The position numbers were made by a program, and so were the translations under genes. A DNA stretch of 4,790 nucleotides from a virus (taxonomy: Duplodnaviria > Heunggongvirae > Uroviricota > Caudoviricetes). The notes under the pieces were generated by a model. That model had not been told where the DNA came from and did no database searches. It saw nothing but the letters and a program-made list of their open reading frames with translations. The stretch spans positions 1-4,790 of the IMG/VR virus record IMGVR_UViG_2529292721_000007; one strand, given 5' to 3'. Shown piece after piece: positions 1 to 4,790 of this stretch (positions are counted from its first letter, which is position 1; each line of letters starts with the position of its first letter).

Positions 1-1
1 G

Positions 2-214
2 GCAGATGATCCGCATCACATCATTGGTCATGGACTGGGAGGGATGGGAACAAAGGCTGATGATTTGTTTGTTATTCCGCTGTGCCGTAAATGCCATAGC
101 GAACTACACGCCGGGGTAAAAGATTTTGAAGAAAAACACGGCAGCCAGCTGTTGTTGCTGATTCGTTTTTTAATGCACGCGAGAAATTCGGGTGTCCTGA
201 AGTGGAAAGCATGA
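2..214 (+). CDS. C-terminal fragment of a DUF968-family (YdfU-like) nin-region protein; 5' end lies outside the window
   Basis: Open frame runs from the window edge to TGA at 212-214. Translation ends ...HHIIGHGLGGMGTKADDLFVIPLCRKCHSELHAGVKDFEEKHGSQLLLLIRFLMHARNSGVLKWKA, with a CxxCH...H motif. Sits immediately upstream of rusA, as in lambdoid nin regions. Family assignment is from memory, not a search. Confidence 0.55.
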   Translation, partial: ADDPHHIIGHGLGGMGTKADDLFVIPLCRKCHSELHAGVKDFEEKHGSQLLLLIRFLMHARNSGVLKWKA

Positions 215-580
215 ATGACTGAACGCATAGAATTTGTTTTGCCTTACCCGCCAACGGTGAACACTTACTGGCGACGTCGTGGCAGCACATATTTTGTATC
301 AAAAGCCGGTGAGCGTTATCGCCGTGATGTGGCGCTTATTGTTCGCCAGCAGCGGCTGAAATTAAACCTGTCCGGAAGGCTGGTGATAAAGATTATTGCA
401 GAGCCACCGGATAAACGTCGTCGTGACCTGGACAATATCCTGAAAGCACCACTGGATGCGCTGACGCATGCCGGACTTCTCATAGACGACGAGCAGTTTG
501 ATGAAATCAATATTGTGCGCGGTCAGCGCGTTCCTGGGGGGCGGCTGGGCGTGAAGATTTACAAAATTGAGAGTGAGTGA
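215..580 (+). CDS. rusA: Crossover junction endodeoxyribonuclease RusA (Holliday junction resolvase)
   Basis: 121-aa ORF whose ATG at 215 directly abuts the upstream stop (TGAATG). Contains RRRDLDN and LIDDEQ acidic motifs matching the RusA Asp active-site pattern. Size and position (before Q) are typical of lambdoid rusA. Confidence 0.85.
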   Translation: MTERIEFVLPYPPTVNTYWRRRGSTYFVSKAGERYRRDVALIVRQQRLKLNLSGRLVIKIIAEPPDKRRRDLDNILKAPLDALTHAGLLIDDEQFDEINIVRGQRVPGGRLGVKIYKIESE

Positions 581-588
581 TCGTAAAT

Positions 589-1131
589 ATGATATACCCG
601 GAAATTACAGGCAAAAGCGGCGAGCATTTACGTCTAAAAACGCTGGAAGCCGTCTGGATCCAGGGGAAATTACGGATGTGGGGGCGTTGGTCGTATATAG
701 GTGGTGGCAAACCAGGAAATATGTTCAATCAGTTGCTGGCATCCAAAAAACTGACAAAAACCGCAATCAATGAAGCCCTGCGTAGAATCAGGGAGTCAGG
801 GATTGATAAACCAGAGCTGGAAGCATTCTTGCGAGAGATGATCGCTGGCAGACAGAAGAGCTGGTTGTCTCACTGTACTGATGCAGAGGCGTTACGCATT
901 GATGGGGTGATAAGTAAAGCGCTTGCACGTTATCCTGGATTGATTGATATCCTGCGGCAAAGGTACGAAGGGCGGGGGATGAGTAAACGCAAAATGGCTG
1001 AATTGTTGAATGAGGTTCACCCTGAGTGGTGCTATGCAACATGCCGCAATCGTATAGATATGTGGCTGAGAATAGCTGAGTTTATTCTGTATCCACTGAT
1101 GCGAGATGCATTTTCTTTTACTGACGCTTAG
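589..1131 (+). CDS. Putative late-gene antiterminator, Q-like
   Basis: Roughly 180-aa ORF overlapping or abutting the rusA stop. Start is ambiguous: ATG at 589 or GTG at 577, both with weak SD, so translational coupling to rusA is likely. Contains LRMWGRW, reminiscent of the WG-W motif in Q-family proteins. Lies immediately upstream of a promoter-terminator interval and late genes, the canonical Q position. Confidence 0.6.
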   Translation: MIYPEITGKSGEHLRLKTLEAVWIQGKLRMWGRWSYIGGGKPGNMFNQLLASKKLTKTAINEALRRIRESGIDKPELEAFLREMIAGRQKSWLSHCTDAEALRIDGVISKALARYPGLIDILRQRYEGRGMSKRKMAELLNEVHPEWCYATCRNRIDMWLRIAEFILYPLMRDAFSFTDA

Positions 1132-1151
1132 AATCTGGAGGGCGTTTGTTG

Positions 1152-1229
1152 TTGCACGAAGAGGATTTTTGGCTGGTAGTAAGGTTTGTGCAGTTTTAGA
1201 AAAAAAGCTTGTATTTTTAGCCATAAACT
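1152..1229 (+). promoter_or_regulatory. Candidate late promoter (pR'-like) and Q-utilisation region
   Basis: AT-rich interval between the Q stop and a strong intrinsic terminator. Candidate hexamers are TTGCAC (1152-1157) with TAGTAA (1177-1182) at a 19-bp spacer, and a TG-TATTTT extended -10-like element at 1210-1217. The exact -35/-10 and start site cannot be fixed by eye. Confidence 0.3.
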
Positions 1230-1293
1230 GTTTCAATCCAGCTACGCTTCGCAAAGCTGTACCGCGAGGCGAATAGCAGACATGGACACCTGA

Positions 1294-1320
1294 AAGAACC
1301 CGCTTTATGCGGGTTTTTTT
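1294..1320 (+). terminator. Rho-independent terminator (tR'-like) ending the short late leader transcript
   Basis: AACCCGC (1297-1303), loop TTTAT, GCGGGTT (1309-1315), followed by a T-run through 1320. Classic GC stem plus U-tract immediately downstream of the Q gene. Confidence 0.8.
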
Positions 1321-1443
1321 ATGCCTGAAAAACGGCACAGAACATTAAACGCGCTGGTAGTTGTGAATACTGGTCTTTCAGCTTGCTGGCTTTTTCGACA
1401 AGAGGTATTGGTATGTCACGTTAACCAGAAAAGGGAAAAAGGC

Positions 1444-1641
1444 ATGCTAAAACAGCAGGATATGACCGAAACCGCCAGAGTGGTGTTTAATGAATTAAGC
1501 GTCACCGAACCGGCGACCGTCGGGGAAATTGCGCAGAATACTTACCTTTCACGCGAACGCTGCCAGTTAATACTGACTCAGCTTGTTATGGCGGGTCTGG
1601 CAGATTATCAGTTCGGTTGTTACAGACGCCTTCCGCAGTGA
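1444..1641 (+). CDS. Small (65-aa) putative winged-helix / HTH DNA-binding protein
   Basis: The six-frame ORF 1321..1641 is trimmed to ATG 1444, which has an AAGGGA SD 7 nt upstream (1431-1436); ATG 1321 sits inside the terminator T-run with no SD. Segment ATVGEIAQNTYLSRERCQLILTQLVMAGL has a helix-turn-helix character. Function unknown. Confidence 0.5.
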   Translation: MLKQQDMTETARVVFNELSVTEPATVGEIAQNTYLSRERCQLILTQLVMAGLADYQFGCYRRLPQ

Positions 1642-1667
1642 AGGCTTTTTAATTTGTGGTAATGGGC

Positions 1668-1698
1668 GGCTGGTGGGTGTTAGCGGCACCTGCCAGCC
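1668..1698 (+). promoter_or_regulatory. Imperfect 12-bp inverted repeat (candidate operator or RNA hairpin) between the HTH gene and the methyltransferase gene
   Basis: GGCTGGTGGGTG (1668-1679), 7-nt spacer TTAGCGG, CACCTGCCAGCC (1687-1698). Ten of 12 positions are Watson-Crick complementary; the other two are adjacent G/T pairs, which would be G-U pairs in RNA. No U-tract follows. Confidence 0.35.
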
Positions 1699-1791
1699 AT
1701 CTGCTCATGCGTTGGGGTCACAAGCAAACCTCAGGCCCATCTGCTTTGCGCAAAAGCGGTATGAGCCTATCAGAGAAGTGCTTATTGATCT

Positions 1792-2841
1792 ATGATTAAT
1801 ACTGTAAAAATATCCAGTTGTGAGTTAATCAACGCTGATTGCCTGGAGTTTATCCAGACCTTACCGGAAAACTCTGTCGATCTGATAGTCACAGACCCGC
1901 CATACTTTAAAGTGAAGCCCGAGGGCTGGGATAACCAGTGGGAGGGCGACGATGATTACCTGAAATGGCTGGACCAGTGTCTGGCGCAGTTCTGGCGGGT
2001 ACTGAAGCCTGCCGGAAGTCTTTACCTGTTCTGTGGTCATCGCCTGGCATCTGACACCGAAATCATGATGCGTGAGCGCTTTAATGTGCTGAACCACATT
2101 ATCTGGGCGAAGCCGTCCGGACGCTGGAACGGGTGCAATAAGGAAAGTCTGCGGGCGTATTTTCCGGCAACAGAGCGCATTCTGTTTGCAGAACATTATC
2201 AGGGACCGTATCGCCCGAAAGATGATGGCTATGTGGCACAGGGGCGCGAGCTAAAACAGCACGTCATGGCCCCGCTGATTTCTTACTTTCGTGATGCGCG
2301 TAAATCACTGGGAATAACGTCAAAACAGATAGCGGAAGCCACCGGAAAGAAAAACATGGCTTCGCACTGGTTTGGTACCAGTCAGTGGCAGTTACCGAAC
2401 GAGGGTGATTACAACAAATTGCAGGCGTTGTTTGCGCGTGTTGCGGCAGAAAAACATCAGCGCGGGGAACTGGAAAAGCCACACCACCAGCTGGTCAGCA
2501 CATACAGTGAGCTGAACCGGCAGTATACGGAACTGCTGAGTGAATATAAAAATTTGCGGCGGTATTTCGGTGTGACGGCGCAGGTTCCGTACACCGATGT
2601 CTGGACGCATAAACCGGTGCAGTACTATCCAGGGAAACATCCGTGCGAAAAACCGGCAGAAATGCTGCAGCAGATAATCAACGCGAGCAGTCGTCCGGGA
2701 GACCTGGTTGCAGATTTTTTTATGGGTTCAGGTTCAACGGTAAAAGCGGCGATGGCACTGGGGCGTTGTGCGATTGGTGTTGAGCTGGAGACCGGACGTT
2801 TTGAACAGACAGTCAGGGAAGTTCAGGATTTAATCGTTTGA
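1792..2841 (+). CDS. Orphan DNA methyltransferase, beta-class (circularly permuted), probably N6-adenine-specific
   Basis: 349-aa ORF. Motif IV DPPY at aa 35-38 (nt 1894-1905) near the N-terminus; AdoMet-binding motif I FMGSGS at aa 310-315 (nt 2719-2736) near the C-terminus, with a long putative target-recognition region between. This IV-then-I order defines beta-class amino-MTases. No restriction endonuclease candidate is adjacent. Confidence 0.85.
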   Translation: MINTVKISSCELINADCLEFIQTLPENSVDLIVTDPPYFKVKPEGWDNQWEGDDDYLKWLDQCLAQFWRVLKPAGSLYLFCGHRLASDTEIMMRERFNVLNHIIWAKPSGRWNGCNKESLRAYFPATERILFAEHYQGPYRPKDDGYVAQGRELKQHVMAPLISYFRDARKSLGITSKQIAEATGKKNMASHWFGTSQWQLPNEGDYNKLQALFARVAAEKHQRGELEKPHHQLVSTYSELNRQYTELLSEYKNLRRYFGVTAQVPYTDVWTHKPVQYYPGKHPCEKPAEMLQQIINASSRPGDLVADFFMGSGSTVKAAMALGRCAIGVELETGRFEQTVREVQDLIV

Positions 2842-2852
2842 AACGGATGAGA

Positions 2853-2881
2853 TTGCAGAATTAATTACGCACCATTATTAT
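2853..2881 (+). promoter_or_regulatory. Candidate sigma70 promoter for the tRNA cluster
   Basis: TTGCAG (2853-2858), 17-bp spacer, TATTAT (2876-2881). The predicted start falls a few nt upstream of the first tRNA 5' end at 2891. Confidence 0.5.
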
Positions 2882-2890
2882 TCTGCTCCC

Positions 2891-2966
2891 GGCCCTTTAG
2901 CTCAGTGGTGAGAGCGAGCGACTCATAATCGCCAGGTCGCTGGTTCAAATCCAGCAAGGGCCACCA
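2891..2966 (+). tRNA. ileZ: tRNA with CAT anticodon, ileX/ileZ-like (tRNA-Ile2, lysidine-type); tRNA-Met cannot be formally excluded from sequence alone
   Basis: Cloverleaf read by hand: acceptor GGCCCTT/AAGGGCC, D-arm GCTC-AGTGGTGA-GAGC, anticodon loop CTCATAA (CAT), T-arm GCTGG-TTCAAAT-CCAGC, discriminator A, encoded CCA. Closely resembles E. coli ileX as recalled. Confidence 0.8.
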
Positions 2967-2973
2967 TCACATA

Positions 2974-3050
2974 CCGCCATTAGCTCATCAGGATAGAGCG
3001 CCAGCCTTCGAAGCTGGTTGCGCGGGGTTCGAGTCCTCGATGGCGGTCCA
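2974..3050 (+). tRNA. argN: tRNA-Arg (anticodon TCG)
   Basis: Acceptor CCGCCAT/ATGGCGG (C1-G72), D-arm GCTC-ATCAGGATA-GAGC, anticodon stem CCAGC/GCTGG with loop CTTCGAA (TCG), T-arm CGGGG-TTCGAGT-CCTCG, discriminator T, encoded CCA. Confidence 0.75.
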
Positions 3051-3063
3051 TTATCTGTACCCT

Positions 3064-3140
3064 GCGTTGTTAGCTCAGCCGGACAGAGCAATTGCCTTCT
3101 AAGCAATCGGTCACTGGTTCGAATCCAGTACAACGCGCCA
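3064..3140 (+). tRNA. argO: tRNA-Arg (anticodon TCT, reads rare AGA/AGG codons)
   Basis: Acceptor GCGTTGT/ACAACGC, D-arm GCTC-AGCCGGACA-GAGC, anticodon stem ATTGC/GCAAT with loop CTTCTAA (TCT), T-arm ACTGG-TTCGAAT-CCAGT, discriminator G, encoded CCA. Confidence 0.8.
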
Positions 3141-3281
3141 CGCTTATTTTTCCAGGCTCGCTACGGCGGGTCTTTTTCATATCCGCGTCACGTCAGGCGC
3201 ACATCAAACAAACACAGAATCTTTCAGGGGGCGGGATAGTCAGTGTGACGTTCTCTGGGGGCCTGTCACTTCCGGGGATAG

Positions 3282-3303
3282 GTGTTTTTACGGGCTGCTG
3301 GTG
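3282..3303 (+). terminator. Weak hairpin plus T-tract just upstream of the lysis-gene RBS (possible attenuator or partial terminator)
   Basis: GGGC (3282-3285), 8-nt loop, GCCC (3294-3297), then TTTTTT (3298-3303). The stem is short, so termination efficiency is probably low. Confidence 0.25.
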
Positions 3304-3332
3304 GCCCTTTTTTATTTACAGGAGAAAGAAGT

Positions 3333-3725
3333 ATGTCTGAACCCTTATCCGGTTCCGGTACGGCTGCGGCGCTCGGCGGGGCGACGGTATTCGGGCTGTT
3401 TACCGGAATGGATTTCGGGATTGTGTTTGGCGCGTTCGCCGGGGCGTTATTTGTGGCAACGATGCCACAGTCACTTTCAGTCTGGCGCGTGGTGGCACAT
3501 TTTCTGGTGTCGTTTATTGTCGGCGTGCTGGGAGCGCGTGTGCTGTCAGCCTGGATTGCATCAAAAACAGGGTATGACGGTACATCAGCAGATGCGCTTT
3601 GCGCGGTGCTGGTCTCGGTGGTGTCGGTGAAGATTCTCTCGTTCATCCACCAGCAGGATATTGCATCGCTGGTGTCCGGTGTGTTCTCCCGCCTGCGGGG
3701 TGGAGGAGGCGGCAATGTTAAGTAA
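3333..3725 (+). CDS. Putative holin or lysis-associated membrane protein (130 aa, Gly/Ala-rich, three or four predicted transmembrane segments)
   Basis: ATG 3333 is preceded by a strong AGGAG SD (3321-3325). Hydrophobic stretches AAALGGATVFGLFTG, IVFGAFAGALFVATM, VVAHFLVSFIVGVLGARVL and ALCAVLVSVVSVKILSFI. First gene of a three-gene overlapped cassette ending in an endolysin. The antisense ORF 3266..3715 is judged spurious. Confidence 0.55.
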   Translation: MSEPLSGSGTAAALGGATVFGLFTGMDFGIVFGAFAGALFVATMPQSLSVWRVVAHFLVSFIVGVLGARVLSAWIASKTGYDGTSADALCAVLVSVVSVKILSFIHQQDIASLVSGVFSRLRGGGGGNVK

Positions 3726-3993
3726 CCTTCCCGGATTGCTGAATGTGGCGTTATGCACGGTTATCGTGCTGACGCTCTTTTTTTATCGTCGTCGTGATTC
3801 CAGACATAAACCGTTGATGTCATGGCTGGCCTGGCTGCTGATGCTGCTTTATGCCTTTGCACCACTCAGTTATCTGTGCGGTCGCCCGTTAGCGGCGAAC
3901 TGGCTGGCGGTGGGGCTTAATCTGCTGTTCTGCGTGTTGGTTATTCGCGCACGCGGGAACGTTTCAAAAATCTTTGTATTACGAAGACGCTGA
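3715..3993 (+). CDS. Second small membrane protein of the lysis cassette (92 aa; holin or antiholin-like)
   Basis: ATG 3715 is preceded by GGAGGAGG (3702-3709), which lies inside the upstream gene's C-terminal codons. Overlaps the upstream gene by 11 nt. Two or three hydrophobic segments (LLNVALCTVIVLTLFFY, LMSWLAWLLMLLYAFAPLSYL, WLAVGLNLLFCVLVI) and a basic tail. Stop TGA 3991-3993 lies 1 nt before the endolysin ATG. Confidence 0.5.
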   Translation: MLSNLPGLLNVALCTVIVLTLFFYRRRDSRHKPLMSWLAWLLMLLYAFAPLSYLCGRPLAANWLAVGLNLLFCVLVIRARGNVSKIFVLRRR

Positions 3994-3994
3994 T

Positions 3995-4540
3995 ATGAAG
4001 TCGAAAGATGAAATTTTTGACGAAGTTCTGGGAAAAGAGGGCGGTTACGTCAATCACCCGGATGATAAAGGCGGACCGACAAAATGGGGTATTACGGAAA
4101 AAGTCGCCCGCGCTCACGGATATCAGGGCGATATGCGTGACCTGACACGCGAACAGGCACTGGAAATCCTTGAGGCGGATTACTGGTTCGGACCACGCTT
4201 TGATCAGGTGGCCGCATTATCCTCTGATATTGCTGCAGAGTTGTGTGATACCGGTGTGAATATGGGGCCGTCCGTAGCATCGAAAATGCTCCAACGCTGG
4301 CTGAACGTTTTCAACCTGCAAGGCAAATTGTTCCCGGATATGGACGCAGACGGGCGTATCGGCCCCCGCACGATTAATGCACTACGGACTTATCTGCAAA
4401 AACGCGGCAAAGACGGCGAACTGGTGATGCTGAAGGCGCTGAATTGCACGCAGGGCGACCGCTATCTGGAGCTGGCAGAAAAACGCGAGGCCAACGAGTC
4501 GTTTGTCTACGGCTGGATGAAAGAGCGCGTAGCAGTTTAA
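3995..4540 (+). CDS. Endolysin: glycoside hydrolase family 108 N-terminal domain with a C-terminal peptidoglycan-binding domain
   Basis: 181 aa from ATG 3995; the six-frame ORF begins at an upstream TTG at 3974. N-terminal LGKEGGYVNHPDDKGGPTKWGIT carries the EGGY signature of GH108 lysozymes. The C-terminal half resembles the PG_binding_3-type module usually fused to GH108. Tightly coupled to the upstream membrane-protein genes. Confidence 0.85.
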   Translation: MKSKDEIFDEVLGKEGGYVNHPDDKGGPTKWGITEKVARAHGYQGDMRDLTREQALEILEADYWFGPRFDQVAALSSDIAAELCDTGVNMGPSVASKMLQRWLNVFNLQGKLFPDMDADGRIGPRTINALRTYLQKRGKDGELVMLKALNCTQGDRYLELAEKREANESFVYGWMKERVAV

Positions 4541-4633
4541 AAACTGACGCTGAAGTGCTGAACACCCTCAACTCACGCAGGCTCTTTTCTGGGGTTACGA
4601 TGAGCGAAAGTAAGGGGTACCGCATCAGATAGC

Positions 4634-4668
4634 AAAAACCCCGGCTGCTGGAACAGTCCGGGGTTTTT
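4634..4668 (+). terminator. Intrinsic terminator downstream of the lysis cassette (possibly bidirectional)
   Basis: A-run 4634-4638, stem CCCCGG (4639-4644) pairing with CCGGGG (4658-4663), loop extendable by CTG/CAG pairing, then TTTTT (4664-4668). Confidence 0.65.
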
Positions 4669-4759
4669 AGTTTTCACGTCAAAGAGGAAATTGTGAGTAG
4701 TGAGTACGGAGAAAATCCTCGTGGGAAAGTATAAAAGATTCTTTTTGAGGTTGTCCATT

Positions 4760-4790
4760 ATGAAAGGTATTGAAATGGAAACTCCCGCGA
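4760..4790 (+). CDS. 5' end of the next ORF (MKGIEMETPA...), function unknown; continues beyond the window
   Basis: ATG 4760 with GAGG (4747-4750) 9 nt upstream. Only 10 codons are visible, so no functional call is possible. Confidence 0.3.
   Translation, partial: MKGIEMETPA

Noticed and set aside
567-773. 68-aa + strand ORF overlapping the start of the Q gene in another frame
   Set aside because: Embedded in the longer, contextually supported Q frame; no distinct signals.
892-1338. 148-aa minus-strand ORF overlapping the Q gene and the promoter-terminator interval
   Set aside because: Antisense to a well-supported + strand gene and running through the intrinsic terminator; no SD; most likely a chance open frame.
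1321-1443. N-terminal extension of the small HTH ORF from ATG 1321
   Set aside because: ATG 1321 immediately follows the terminator T-run with no SD. ATG 1444 has a well-placed AAGGGA SD and gives a compact 65-aa HTH protein.
1583-1795. 70-aa + strand ORF bridging the HTH gene and the MTase gene
   Set aside because: Requires a TTG start, overlaps both neighbours out of frame, has no SD and covers the inverted-repeat region; more likely regulatory sequence than coding.
1861-2640. Minus-strand ORFs 1861..2196, 2264..2482 and 2392..2640 inside the methyltransferase gene
   Set aside because: Fully embedded antisense to an ORF with clear MTase motifs; no independent support.
3141-3332. Searched the interval after the tRNAs for Shiga toxin (stxA/stxB) or other toxin cargo
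   Set aside because: Only 192 bp with no ORF of meaningful length; no toxin genes in this window.
3018-3340. + strand ORFs 3018..3239 and 3092..3340 overlapping the tRNA genes
   Set aside because: They run through tRNA genes and the intergenic spacer; tRNA cloverleaves explain the sequence much better.
3266-3715. 149-aa minus-strand ORF (MPPPPPRRR...) antisense to the first lysis membrane protein
   Set aside because: Low-complexity Pro/Ala/Thr-rich translation typical of the antisense of a Gly/Ala-rich membrane gene. The + strand ORF has a strong AGGAG SD and fits the lysis-cassette context.
4444-4632. 62-aa ORF embedded out of frame in the 3' end of the endolysin gene, considered as a possible Rz1-like spanin
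   Set aside because: No signal peptide or lipobox Cys, no transmembrane segment, Arg-rich low-complexity translation; does not look like a spanin.
4573-4758. 61-aa minus-strand ORF spanning the post-lysis terminator
   Set aside because: Runs through the terminator hairpin with no SD; likely spurious.
1-4790. Looked for CRISPR repeats, IS/transposase or integrase genes, and att-like long direct repeats
   Set aside because: No regularly spaced repeats and no ORFs with transposase or integrase character; the only repeats are short regulatory-scale elements reported above.

Overview
This window reads as the late-regulatory and lysis region of a lambdoid (Stx-phage-like) enterobacterial prophage, with every credible gene on the + strand. 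In order: the 3' end of a DUF968-type nin-region gene, rusA, a Q-like late antiterminator, a pR'/tR'-like promoter-terminator interval, a two-gene cargo module (small winged-helix protein plus an orphan beta-class N6-adenine DNA methyltransferase), a promoter-driven tRNA trio (Ile-CAT, Arg-TCG, Arg-TCT, the ileZ-argN-argO arrangement), a short intergenic gap with no toxin genes, and a tightly coupled lysis cassette (two small membrane proteins plus a GH108 endolysin) followed by a terminator and the start of the next gene. No CRISPR array, transposase, integrase or spanin gene was found. The most interesting candidates are the apparently Q-dependent HTH+methyltransferase module with an imperfect inverted repeat between its genes, and the spanin-less lysis cassette with two overlapping membrane proteins. 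Nothing here is demonstrably a new system; all calls rest on reading motifs and gene order by eye and on recalled family features, not on database searches.
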